From assembly GCA_963744995.1 (NCBI GenBank), contig CAVUWA010000002.1, forward strand, positions 320,001-384,000: a DNA stretch of 64,000 bases. The letters are read 5' to 3'. The translations under genes were made by a program, and so were the position numbers. Below the pieces are notes generated by a model. The model did not search any database. It saw nothing but the letters and a program-made list of their open reading frames with translations, and had not been told where the DNA came from. Positions 40,923 through 52,500 of the stretch are shown here, in pieces (position 1 is the stretch's first letter; every line of letters begins with the position of its first letter). The stretch comes from Candidatus Eiseniibacteriota bacterium. Its GTDB lineage: Bacteria; Eisenbacteria; RBG-16-71-46.

Positions 40923-40952
40923 GTGACCTCCGGCGCCGTCGCGGCGTTCTAC
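40923..40952 (+). promoter_or_regulatory. Putative ECF-sigma promoter driving the 40986 gene
   Basis: GTGACC-N15-GCGTTCTAC, ending about 33 nt upstream of the ATG, which has a GGAGGAGG RBS. Confidence 0.65.
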
Positions 40953-40985
40953 AGGATGACGATCGGGCTCTGGAGGAGGTCCACC

Positions 40986-41903
40986 ATGAACCATCATGCC
41001 TCGCGTTTCATCCGGCTGGCACTCGTCGTCCCGTGCCTGTGTGCCGCTCCGCTGGCGGCCGGCGCCGCGTCGGTCGCGGGAACCGTCCGCGATGCCGTGA
41101 CGCTCGATCCCGTTCCGGACGTTCAACTCACGCTCCACGTGCTCGACCCCGACTCGGTCGCGATCGCCGCGACCAGCGGCCCGGGCGGCGCCTACGCCAT
41201 CACGGGGGCCCCCGACGGGAACCGGCTCTACGTGCTCACCGGCGGCGGTGGTCCGGTCTACGCCGGCTTCTACGCGCGGCTGCCGATTCCGGATCCGACG
41301 CTGACGTTCGACGTGCTGCTCGACTCCCTGCAGATCGCGCCGCCCGGAGAACCCTACGACTCATCGGCGGTATTCGGGCAGATTCTTTCGAGTCCCGACG
41401 GCATGGCGGTGCCCGGAGCGGCGGTGAGCCTCTCTTCCGGAGACGGCGCCTACGTCGTTCACACGGGCGTAGATGGCCGCTATGCGCTGACGGTGCCATT
41501 GGGCACCTATACCGCAGGCGTCACCGCCGACGGCTACGAGCCGGTCACCGATGCCGGGCTCGAGGCCGAAACGGGAGGGCTCTCCTACGACGCCTTCCTC
41601 GTGCTCTCCACCGCCGACACACCGCCACCCGGTCCGCAGGGCGTTGCGGGCATCCGTTCCATCCGCCCCAATCCGTCGCGCGGCTCGACCGAGATCCGCT
41701 ACGTGCTGGCCGTGGCCGGACGCGTCGAGCTGGCGATCTACGACCTGTCGGGGCGTGAAGTGTCGCACCTGGTGTCCGGCTGGAACGACACGGGCCCGCA
41801 GGTGGCGACGTTCGACGCCGCGCGCCTGCCTGCCGGGGTCTACTTCTGCCGCCTGCAGGCGCCCGGAACGTCGGTATCGCGGCGGGTGGCGATCATGCCC
41901 TGA
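40986..41903 (+). CDS. Secreted protein with two carboxypeptidase-regulatory-like (transthyretin-like) domains and a T9SS/FlgD-like CTD
   Basis: Signal peptide, then VAGTVRDAVT..PVP and G..VPGA.V......T..DGRY.L....GTY...V.A.GY. CTD: RPNPSR...IYDLSGREV...LPAGVYFCRL. Confidence 0.75.
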   Translation: MNHHASRFIRLALVVPCLCAAPLAAGAASVAGTVRDAVTLDPVPDVQLTLHVLDPDSVAIAATSGPGGAYAITGAPDGNRLYVLTGGGGPVYAGFYARLPIPDPTLTFDVLLDSLQIAPPGEPYDSSAVFGQILSSPDGMAVPGAAVSLSSGDGAYVVHTGVDGRYALTVPLGTYTAGVTADGYEPVTDAGLEAETGGLSYDAFLVLSTADTPPPGPQGVAGIRSIRPNPSRGSTEIRYVLAVAGRVELAIYDLSGREVSHLVSGWNDTGPQVATFDAARLPAGVYFCRLQAPGTSVSRRVAIMP

Positions 41904-41912
41904 CCCGCTTCG

Positions 41913-41954
41913 TGCGCACGCGGCGGCGCTCCACGAGCGCCGCCGCCCGTGCGC
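41913..41954 (+). terminator. Strong GC stem-loop after the 40986 gene
   Basis: cggcggcgctc-cac-gagcgccgccg core, extended by gcgcacg/cgtgcgc. Confidence 0.5.
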
Positions 41955-41978
41955 CACCGCGTCTGCATCGCGCGCGCA

Positions 41979-41996
41979 TCCGGTGCTATTCTGAGC
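41979..41996 (+). repeat. 18-bp direct repeat, copy 1 (TCCGGTGCTATTCTGAGC)
   Basis: Exact match to 46296-46313. Contains an extended -10-like TGcTATTCT. Confidence 0.8.
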
Positions 41997-42030
41997 ACCG
42001 GGTTTGCAGACGTGACGGGTGGAGCGGGGC

Positions 42031-44160
<2,130 letters not shown>

Positions 44161-44203
44161 CGAAGCGGATTCAAACGGCGGTGGGAGCCAGGGGGGAGCC
44201 TCC

Positions 44204-44854
44204 GTGAGAATTGGGATCGTGGCGGACATCCACGACGCGGTGGAGCCCTTGCGTTGCGCGCTCGAGCACTTCGCAGGGATGGGGGTCGAGCAGGTCGTTT
44301 CACTGGGCGACGCGTTCGACTCGTACGAGCGCGGAGATCCAGGCGCGGAGGTTGCGAAACTCCTGAACGATGCCGGCGCGGTCGGGGTCTGGGGAAATCA
44401 CGACTTCGGTCTCAGTTTCGACCTGACAGACGCCGTCTCCGCCACGGCTGCCCCGACGCTTCTGGAGCTTGCCGCGGGCTTCTGCGCCCATCTGGTGCTC
44501 GGCGACTGTCGATTCAGTCACATCGAACCGTGGCGGGATTCCTACTCGATCGTGGACCTGTGGACTCACCTCGACGTCCCGAACACACCTGAAAGGGCGC
44601 GACGCAGTTTCACCGCCGCGCCCGAGCGCATCTTCTTCATAGGTCATTACCACTCCTGGTTCGCGCTCCGGGAACAGGGTTCCGTCGACTGGGACGGCTC
44701 TTCGCCTCTCGAAATCAACAAAGCAAGTCGTTACCTCATCGGTGTGGCGGCCGTAGTGGGCGGGTGGAGCGCGGTCTTCGACACGGAGGATTCTGTGCTC
44801 ACCCCCGTTTCGTGTGGTCTGAAGCGCGGCAACGACCGGGCCGACCGCCTGTAG
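44204..44854 (+). CDS. Calcineurin-like metallophosphoesterase
   Basis: IGIVADIH, LGD.FD, GNHD, SH and GHYH metal-binding motifs. Confidence 0.85.
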   Translation: MRIGIVADIHDAVEPLRCALEHFAGMGVEQVVSLGDAFDSYERGDPGAEVAKLLNDAGAVGVWGNHDFGLSFDLTDAVSATAAPTLLELAAGFCAHLVLGDCRFSHIEPWRDSYSIVDLWTHLDVPNTPERARRSFTAAPERIFFIGHYHSWFALREQGSVDWDGSSPLEINKASRYLIGVAAVVGGWSAVFDTEDSVLTPVSCGLKRGNDRADRL

Positions 44855-44933
44855 CGTATGCCCGGCCTGCAGGGAGAAGACAGAGCTCTCGCCCGGAGAT
44901 CGAGTGCCGGAGGTCGAGGACCGCAGGCTGGAA

Positions 44934-46154
44934 CTACTGAGGCGCGGGGGCGACGTGGAACGTGAGGACATGGCGCCGCTGCTGTCTGTCGAGTGGCGTG
45001 CCGCCGCCGGCGTCGACGAGCGCGACCAGCGCGAACGGATCCAGCACGAGCGACTCTATCACCCCGTCGGCGTCCTGGGCGAGCGAGGTCACACAGGACG
45101 GCCCGGCGTAGACGGCACGGATGTAACCGGCGACGTTTGGACTGCGCCGGAATGAGCCCGGGTCGAAGTTCGGGAATGCGAGCGAGAACGAAGACACCAG
45201 CCTGGACCCGCCGGGCTGCAGCGTCTGAATCCCGGTGCGGAACGCGATCGGCGCGCCGACGTACCCGAGCGACTGCAGTACCGGATCATCGCCGGAGCCG
45301 GGCGTAAAGCCGGGCGGCAGGGCGGGATCCGTCGGCACGACGACCGGCTCGTAACGGGAGTCCCGGTCGTAGCCGCCGAGCACGACGACGATCCACGAGC
45401 CCTGCCGGACCGTGTCGCCTTCGGACCTTGCGTAGATGCGGTCTCCACGGAGCTCATAGAACGTGCGGCGCTCGAAGTCGCCGCCCGGCGGCAGGCGCCG
45501 TGTCGGAATGTAGTCCAGCGAATCGGGTCCGAAGTACGGGCGCCCGTCCGGCGGCCACGCGGGATTCGTCGCAAACGTGGCCCAGTCGAGCACGTCCACG
45601 GCGCGTCCGTCACCGTCGCTGGATGCGGGCCACCGATCCGGGTCGGGACCGGCGAACCAGGAGCAGGGCGGGAAGCCCGACAGGAAGAAGATCTTGATGT
45701 CGCCGCCACCGGCACGGTCCGGCGCGTGGACCGTGACCTCCTGCCGGCCGGGTCCGAACGTCGGACGGTCGCCTCGACCCTGCGGGTCGGCCAGCGTCGA
45801 GCGCAGGACGATCGCTTCGGAGCCGGCGGCGTTCGTGGTGGCCTCGGTGCCGCCGGGCAGCCACTGGATCTGCTCGAGGGATGCGTAGGCGGCGATCGTA
45901 TCGAGCGCGAGGTAACCGTGGTCGAACACGTAGAACGACTCGTTCGTCCGGACCCGCGGTGAGAGATCGCGTGCGAGCGAAACGCTCACGCCCCGAAACG
46001 TGAGCCGTGGGGTGAGCGTCTGCGACTGGGCCTGGGTGACCGCCGCGGATCCGGATGGTGTTGCGGAGCCCGCGTGCCGCGGGGCCAGTGACCTGCCGCA
46101 TCCTGCCGCGAACAGCAGCAGAGCGAGCCAGAGGACCTTCCGGGATGCTGACAT
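44934..46154 (-). CDS. Hypothetical lipoprotein
   Basis: MSASRKVLWLALLLFAAGC lipobox and a 406-aa non-repetitive ORF. No family recognised. Confidence 0.65.
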   Translation of the reverse strand: MSASRKVLWLALLLFAAGCGRSLAPRHAGSATPSGSAAVTQAQSQTLTPRLTFRGVSVSLARDLSPRVRTNESFYVFDHGYLALDTIAAYASLEQIQWLPGGTEATTNAAGSEAIVLRSTLADPQGRGDRPTFGPGRQEVTVHAPDRAGGGDIKIFFLSGFPPCSWFAGPDPDRWPASSDGDGRAVDVLDWATFATNPAWPPDGRPYFGPDSLDYIPTRRLPPGGDFERRTFYELRGDRIYARSEGDTVRQGSWIVVVLGGYDRDSRYEPVVVPTDPALPPGFTPGSGDDPVLQSLGYVGAPIAFRTGIQTLQPGGSRLVSSFSLAFPNFDPGSFRRSPNVAGYIRAVYAGPSCVTSLAQDADGVIESLVLDPFALVALVDAGGGTPLDRQQRRHVLTFHVAPAPQ

Positions 46155-46295
46155 CGTGGAGCCTCATGACCGGTTGGAATCGAACCCGGGCCCCGTCAAC
46201 GGCAGATCGAGGCTAGCACCGGGCGCCGGAATCGCCCAGGTCATTCCGCCTGGCCCGACGGATTCCACGGTGGCCCGTCCTGCGTGGGAAGGGCT

Positions 46296-46313
46296 TCCGG
46301 TGCTATTCTGAGC
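46296..46313 (+). repeat. 18-bp direct repeat, copy 2 (TCCGGTGCTATTCTGAGC)
   Basis: Exact match to 41979-41996, about 100 nt upstream of the nitrilase ATG. Confidence 0.8.
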
Positions 46314-46412
46314 CGCATGCGCGTGGCGGGAGGTGGGACCTCCCCGTCCGTCAGGGCTCTCGAGGCCACGCGGCCCAGCGTGTCGTCCCTTTCGAATCGA
46401 GGAGAGAACTCC

Positions 46413-47279
46413 ATGCCCCGCAAACTCATCGGCGGGTTGATCCAGTGCAGCAATCCGATCAACGACGAGTCGATGCCCGTCGAGAAGATCAAGCAGGCGA
46501 TGTTCGACAAGCACGTGCCGCTCATCGAAGAGGCAGGCAAGAAGGGCGTGCAGGTGCTCTGCCTGCAGGAGATCTTCAACGGCCCCTACTTCTGCCCGGG
46601 CCAGGACGCGCGCTGGTACGACGCGGCCGAGGAAGTGCCCGGTCCGACCACCGACGCGGTGGCGAAGATCGCGGCGAAGCACAAGATGGCGGTGGTGGTG
46701 CCGGTGTACGAGAAGGAAATGCCCGGCGTGCTCTACAACACCGCCGCCGTGTACGACTTCGACGGCACCTACCTCGGCAAGTACCGCAAGAACCACATCC
46801 CGCATACCTCGGGCTTCTGGGAGAAGTACTTCTTCAAGCCCGGCAACCTCGGCTATCCGGTGTTCGAGACGCGCTACGCCAAGGTCGGCGTGTACATCTG
46901 CTACGACCGCCACTTCCCGGAGGGCGCGAGGGCGCTGGGCCTCAACGGCGCCGAAATCGTGTTCAACCCGAGCGCCACGGTCGCGGGGCTGTCGCAGTAC
47001 CTGTGGAAGCTCGAGCAGCCCGCGCACGCGGTCGCCAACGGCTACTTCATGGGCTGCATCAACCGCGTCGGCACCGAAGCCCCGTGGAACATCGGCAAGT
47101 TCTACGGCTCGTCCTATTTCGTGGATCCGCGCGGCAACTTCCTCGCTCAGGCCAATGAAGACGACGACGCGCTGGTCGTGGCCGAGATGGACCTCGACAT
47201 GATCGACGACGTGCGCAAGGTGTGGCAGTTCTATCGCGATCGCCGCCCGGAGACGTACGACGAGCTGGTGGACATCTGA
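46413..47279 (+). CDS. Nitrilase-superfamily C-N hydrolase, beta-ureidopropionase-like
   Basis: Glu-Lys-Cys triad motifs CLQEIF..PYFC, GKYRKNHIP and YICYDRHFPE, plus FWEKYFF.PG, NPSAT and WQFYRDRRPETY. Confidence 0.88.
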   Translation: MPRKLIGGLIQCSNPINDESMPVEKIKQAMFDKHVPLIEEAGKKGVQVLCLQEIFNGPYFCPGQDARWYDAAEEVPGPTTDAVAKIAAKHKMAVVVPVYEKEMPGVLYNTAAVYDFDGTYLGKYRKNHIPHTSGFWEKYFFKPGNLGYPVFETRYAKVGVYICYDRHFPEGARALGLNGAEIVFNPSATVAGLSQYLWKLEQPAHAVANGYFMGCINRVGTEAPWNIGKFYGSSYFVDPRGNFLAQANEDDDALVVAEMDLDMIDDVRKVWQFYRDRRPETYDELVDI

Positions 47280-47971
47280 TGACGGAGCGCGGCACGGGCC
47301 TGACGGAGGACCATACGCTCGTCCGCGCCGGCCGCTACCTGATCTTCACGAACGGCGTCGAGTGCGGCGAGGAACGCTGGACGCTCGAGGCGCGCGCCGA
47401 CGGGCTCGTGGTGACCGGCGTGCAGGAGACGGTGCGGCCGCATCCGTTTCCGAGCCGCCTCGAATACCGCGCGACGCTGACCCCGGAGTGGCGCGTGACC
47501 GGGGTCGAGTTGCGCTGGGCGGCGGGCGAACGCGAGATCCTCGCCACGCACCGCGCCGAGGCCGAGCGCTGGCATGCGCGCATCCAGTCCGGCTCCGAGG
47601 CGCGCGAGCAGCAGGGCGACTATCCGCTCGTCTGCGAGATCGAGATCCCGACGCACCTGTCGGTGACGTTCGTGCTGGCGCGTCGCGCGTTCCAGGTCGG
47701 CGGCGAGCACGAGTTCCCGCTGCTCCGGATCGGGCCGCCGGTGATGGCCGTCTCGCCGGAGCGGATGCTGATCCGCTGCGTGGAGAGCGGCACGATCATG
47801 TCGCCGCGCGGCCCGCTCCAGGCGAAGCGCTACGTGGCGAGCCTGCCGCCCGCCGGCGAAGCCGAGGGCTACACCTTCTGGGCCGACGAGGACGGCGTGG
47901 TGCTCGAGTCGTACGAGGGCGCGGAGCCCGAGCGGCCGTGGATGCAGCTGGTCGAGCTGAGCGCGCCGTGA
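47279..47971 (+). CDS. Hypothetical beta-rich protein
   Basis: Translationally coupled to the nitrilase (TGATG). Normal amino-acid composition. Confidence 0.6.
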   Translation: MTERGTGLTEDHTLVRAGRYLIFTNGVECGEERWTLEARADGLVVTGVQETVRPHPFPSRLEYRATLTPEWRVTGVELRWAAGEREILATHRAEAERWHARIQSGSEAREQQGDYPLVCEIEIPTHLSVTFVLARRAFQVGGEHEFPLLRIGPPVMAVSPERMLIRCVESGTIMSPRGPLQAKRYVASLPPAGEAEGYTFWADEDGVVLESYEGAEPERPWMQLVELSAP

Positions 47972-48005
47972 GGCGCGCCGCCCGACGCAGCGTGCGGAGC
48001 GCCGC

Positions 48006-48422
48006 GTGAGGCCGCCGGTCAGGCGCGTGCTCGAGACCGCGCTCTACGTGGACGATCTCGAGCGCGCGGTCGCCTTCTACCGCGACGTGCTCGGCATGCG
48101 TCCGATGGGCGAGCCGCCGCGGCTGGTGCCGATGGATGCGGGCGCCGGCACCGTGCTGCTGCTGTTCGAACGTGGGAAGACCCTGGAGGGCGCCCGGACC
48201 CCGGGCGGCTTCATCCCGCCGCACGACGGCGCGGGCCCGGTGCACGTGGCGTTCGCCGTGGACACCGAAGAGCTCGCCGCGTGGGAGTCGCATCTGGCCT
48301 CCCACGGCGTGGCGATCGAGAGCCGCGTGACCTGGCCGCGCGGCGGCACGAGCCTCTACTTCCGCGATCCCGACGGCCACTCGCTGGAGCTGGCGACGCC
48401 GGGGTTGTGGGAGACGTACTGA
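48006..48422 (+). CDS. VOC/glyoxalase-family protein
   Basis: LETALYVDDLERA..FY..VLG, H.AFAV and SLYFRDPDGHSLELATPG. Confidence 0.9.
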   Translation: MRPPVRRVLETALYVDDLERAVAFYRDVLGMRPMGEPPRLVPMDAGAGTVLLLFERGKTLEGARTPGGFIPPHDGAGPVHVAFAVDTEELAAWESHLASHGVAIESRVTWPRGGTSLYFRDPDGHSLELATPGLWETY

Positions 48423-48449
48423 GGACGCCGCGCCGCCAGCGCGGCGTCC
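48423..48449. terminator. Hairpin between convergent genes (possible bidirectional terminator)
   Basis: ggacgccgcgc-cgcca-gcgcggcgtcc, a perfect 11-bp stem. Confidence 0.55.
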
Positions 48450-48459
48450 CGGCGCGGGG

Positions 48460-49326
48460 CTACCGGTAGATCGTCTTCAGCCGGCCCCAGCTGCTCGATC
48501 GCGCCGGGGTGGCCAGCGGAACCGGGGCGAGCCCGTCGAAATTGCCCGGAGGGAGCGGGACGGTCTGGACGATCTGCCCGGTGTCCGGGTCGATTCGGAC
48601 CAGCTCGATCTGCGCAGGAATGCCGATGGTCGTGTAGTTCAGCGCCCACAGGTTTCCCTCGTTCGAGAAGGTCATTCCCATGTAGTAGCCAAGGGCGGAA
48701 TTGACCTGATGCGTGCCCGTCACTTCGAACGTGGCCGGGCGCACGATCCGCTGGACCGTGGCCACGCCGCCAACGATGTGTGACGCCGCATAGACTTCTC
48801 CGTTGGGCCCTGCAGCGATCGCGGTCATGTCGGCGCCGACACCGGACAGATCGGCGATGTTCGAGAGCGAACCGTCGGCCGCGAGATCGGCGAGGGTGGA
48901 GGCGCGCACCGGGCCGTCGCACGGACCGGCCTCGTAGGAAATGATCAAGGTCGTGCCGTCGCTCGTCATGTCTCCGTTGCGGCTGGTCTCGAGGGTGGTG
49001 CCGCCGATGGTGAGCAGGGCGAAGGGGCTGGCGACCGTCCATGTGCTCGGGTCGATGGACTGGAGCACGTGGCTGAGCGGACAGGGAACAGGCTGATTGC
49101 GGAACTGACCCGTCCACAGCAGCCCATCCTGGAGCGCAAGCCGTGGGTTCGCGAACGGATAGAACGTCGGTGACAGTTGGGTCACGTTTCCCGTATTCGT
49201 GTCGATCAGGACCACCCAGTCCTCGTTGCCTTCGGCGGAATAGAGGAGATCGGCATCGGCGCGGCCTGCGGGTCCCGCGAGCAGCAGGGCAACAGCGAGC
49301 GAAAAAGCGAGGATGCGGTGGATCAT
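48460..49326 (-). CDS. Secreted beta-propeller-like protein with C-terminal 'SWGRLKTIYR' motif
   Basis: GGGAGG RBS and signal peptide MIHRILAFSLAVALLLAGPAGRADA. Blade-like repeats (IDTNTG, IDPST, IDPDTG). Ends TPARSSSWGRLKTIYR. Confidence 0.7.
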   Translation of the reverse strand: MIHRILAFSLAVALLLAGPAGRADADLLYSAEGNEDWVVLIDTNTGNVTQLSPTFYPFANPRLALQDGLLWTGQFRNQPVPCPLSHVLQSIDPSTWTVASPFALLTIGGTTLETSRNGDMTSDGTTLIISYEAGPCDGPVRASTLADLAADGSLSNIADLSGVGADMTAIAAGPNGEVYAASHIVGGVATVQRIVRPATFEVTGTHQVNSALGYYMGMTFSNEGNLWALNYTTIGIPAQIELVRIDPDTGQIVQTVPLPPGNFDGLAPVPLATPARSSSWGRLKTIYR

Positions 49327-49542
49327 GGTGTCCCTCCCATCAGGCGGCTCGAGGCAGTGGGCAGGCAAGGGGGAGTCGCCGCCCTGAAGATGTCGATCAC
49401 AGCAGGCAGATCGCCTGTGTCGGGATGAAAAGCGCGCGCGTCGCAGCCCACCGGCGCGGTCCGCACCCAGACGTCGGCGCCTGCCCCGCAGGGCGAGCCG
49501 GGGGCGTCCGCGCGCGGAGGACCACCGGCCCCGGGCCGCCTG

Positions 49543-52500
49543 CTACCGCACGATCGTCACCCGCCGCGTCGCGATCGTGCCCGGCGCGTCGAGCCGCAGC
49601 ACGTAGAGCCCCGCGGGCACGGCGTGCCCCGCCGCGTCGCGTCCGTCCCATGCCACACGATGGACGCCCGCCTCACGGGTCTCGTCGAACAGCTCGCGCA
49701 CGCGGCGTCCGGCGAGGTCGAACACGGCGAGCGAGACGCGCCCCGGCCGGGCGAGCGTGAACGCCACGCGCAGTCCGCCCGGTGAGGGGTTGGGCGAAAC
49801 GCTCGCGAACGCCGTGCGTGCGGGGGGCGCCGGAGCCGCGTCCACGGCATCGCCCGCGTCGAACACGATCTGCCGGTTCTCCGCATCACGCGCTTCTGCC
49901 CGGGTGATCGCGAGTCCCGGATCGCCCGCGGCGAGCACGCGGAAAGTCGCGTGCGCGAGAACGCCTTCTCCACCGATGCCGGCGCCCGCGCCGAGCAGCG
50001 CGACGTCGATCGCGGCCGGCCCCGCGGGAAGGGCGACCACCGGCCGCGGCTGGCGCGCGAGCAGCGCGCCGCCGTCGATCGCCACCGGTTCGACGACGCT
50101 CGCGTCCCAGCCGAGCGCGAGGCTCACGCCATGGACGTCGCCACGGCCCGAGAACAGCACCGGAACGTCGAAGGTCTGCCCCGGCGCGGGGACCTCGGGC
50201 GTCGCGAGCGACAGGGCGTCACGATCGGGGAGCGTCGCCCGCGTTGCCGCGGCCGGCGCACTCGTCACGCTGTAGTTGAGCGCGAACACGATCAGGTCCT
50301 CGAAGTCCACGCGGTTGTCGGTGGTCGGCAGCGCGTTCACCGAGTGATCCGTGGTCGGTCCGACGTCGAGGTAGGCGAGCGGATCGCCCGGGCCGAGCAG
50401 CGCGGGGTAGTGGATGCCGAGCAGGGAAATGTCCTCGGCGAGCACGTGGTTGTTGCCCTGCCCGGCGGTGATGCCGTTCGAGACGTCGCCGAGGTGGTAG
50501 TTGAGCGTGCCGCCGGTGCGGTTGGAAACCGCGGACACGTTGCCGCAGGAGTCCGTCGTGAAGGCGACGTAGTACCAGAAGTCGCGCTGCGCCGTTTCGT
50601 CGGTCTGGCCGCTGGCGGTGACGGCGGTGAGCGTCCATGGCGGTCCCGGCGGATATGACGGCGCCGCGGGAGCCGCCCCGGCGCCGGGCGCATCGTCGTA
50701 CTCGGGGTAGTTGCCGAAGCCGGCGCGGTAGACCTCGGTCGAGACCGCATCGCCGGGCGTCGTGAAGGTGACCAGCACCTTCGTCGTGCCATCGGCATCG
50801 TTGCCGGTCTTGACCTGGGATGCGGCGACGTCGCCGATCGCGACCGGCCCGGTGGTGTCGATCGTGATCGTGGCCGGCGCGCCGCCGGCGGCCGGCACCG
50901 GAACGTTGTCGCAGTCGCGCAGCGTCGGCGTGCCGATCGTCACCGTGCCGGTGCCGTCGGGGCCGGGGGCCTTCGACACCTGAAGCGTGAACAGCGTTCC
51001 GACGATCGCGGTCGCGCCGCACGGCAGGCCGAGGATCACACCGTCTACGGTGTAGGCGCCGCCGCCGTCGTCCACGACGGTGAAGTACGTGTCGCCGACA
51101 TCGCTCAGATAGGTGCCCTCGGTGATGCTCGACACTCCCGCACAGAGCTGCAGGTTCGGCGAGAGCTGCACGGGAATGCTGAACGCGCGCACGTTGGCGG
51201 CCGTGGTGCGCGAGATCGTGACGTCGAACGTGGCACATGGCGCGGCGGTCGAGATGCACCCGGCCCCGGTGGAGACGGCGATCTGCTCGGGCAGTCCGGA
51301 CATGCCGCACTCGGGCAGGCCCGACGAATCGATCGTGATCATGGCTGGCGCGCCGGCCGCGGCGGGGACCGGCGCGTTGTCGCAGTCGCGCAGGGTCGGT
51401 GCGCCGATCGTGACCGTGCCGAGTCCGTCGGGGCCGGCGGCCTTGGACACCTGCAGGGTGAACAGGGTACCGGCCTGCGCCGTGGCGCCGCAGGGCAGGC
51501 CCAGAATCGTGCCGTCCACGGTGTACGACCCGCCGCCGTGATCGATGACCGAGAGGAACGTCGTGCCGGCGCCGCTCAGGTAGTCACCTTCGACGATCGA
51601 CGTGGTCCCCGCGCACAGCTGCAGATTGGACGAGAGCTGGACCGGGATGCTGAATGCGCGCACGTCGGTCATCGTGCTGCGCGCGATCGAAACGTCGAAC
51701 GTGACGCAGGGGGTAGCGGTCGAAATGCACGCGGCGCCGGTCGCGACGGTGATCTGCTCGGGCGCCGCGGCGAAGCCGCAACCGGCGGCGGCGTTCGTGC
51801 CGCTGTAGAGCCACGGCGAATAGTCGACGTTGGGGCCGAGGATCGCATCGCCCGTGCCGGGCCCGACCCCGGACGGTCCGCTCGGGTCGCCCCACCAGAT
51901 CGACTCCGCGCTCAGCGGGTGTCCGCTGCCCTGATTGTCGATCGCGGCGGTCAGGTTGGAGGAGATCGAGCTGTCGTCGAGATGGGCGTTCGCGTTCATG
52001 CCCACCACCCGAAGTCCGAAGTCCCAGTCGTGGAGCAACGCGCCGGTCACGTTCACCATCAGCGCGCCGCCGGTCGAGTAGACGTAGAGTCCGCTCGTCC
52101 CCGGCGTATCGCCGCCCGACATGCACAGATGGCTGATGTCCACCGTGAAGCCGGCCATGGTGCGCTGCGCGGCGAAGCCGCCCGTGCCGGCAACCGGCTC
52201 CAGGACCGGCGCGGCCGGCGGGCCGCCGCCCGGGAGCGCGGCCAGCGGCTCGCTCGCGCCGCTGAAGTTGCTGATCGTGATGCCGCCGAAATCCTCGGAT
52301 TCGATCACCGGCCCGGTCGTTTCGACGCCGTCGATCGTGCCGCTGCCGTCGTACCAGCGGATCGGCGCCTGCACGTTGGAGAACGCGTGCGGCCCGGTGA
52401 ATCCCGACAGGTGGACGGGCGATCCCGGCTGGAACACCAGGATCGCGCCGGACACTGCGATCGCCGGCGAGTAGCGCAGGTTCGCCATGGCGCAGTCGCG

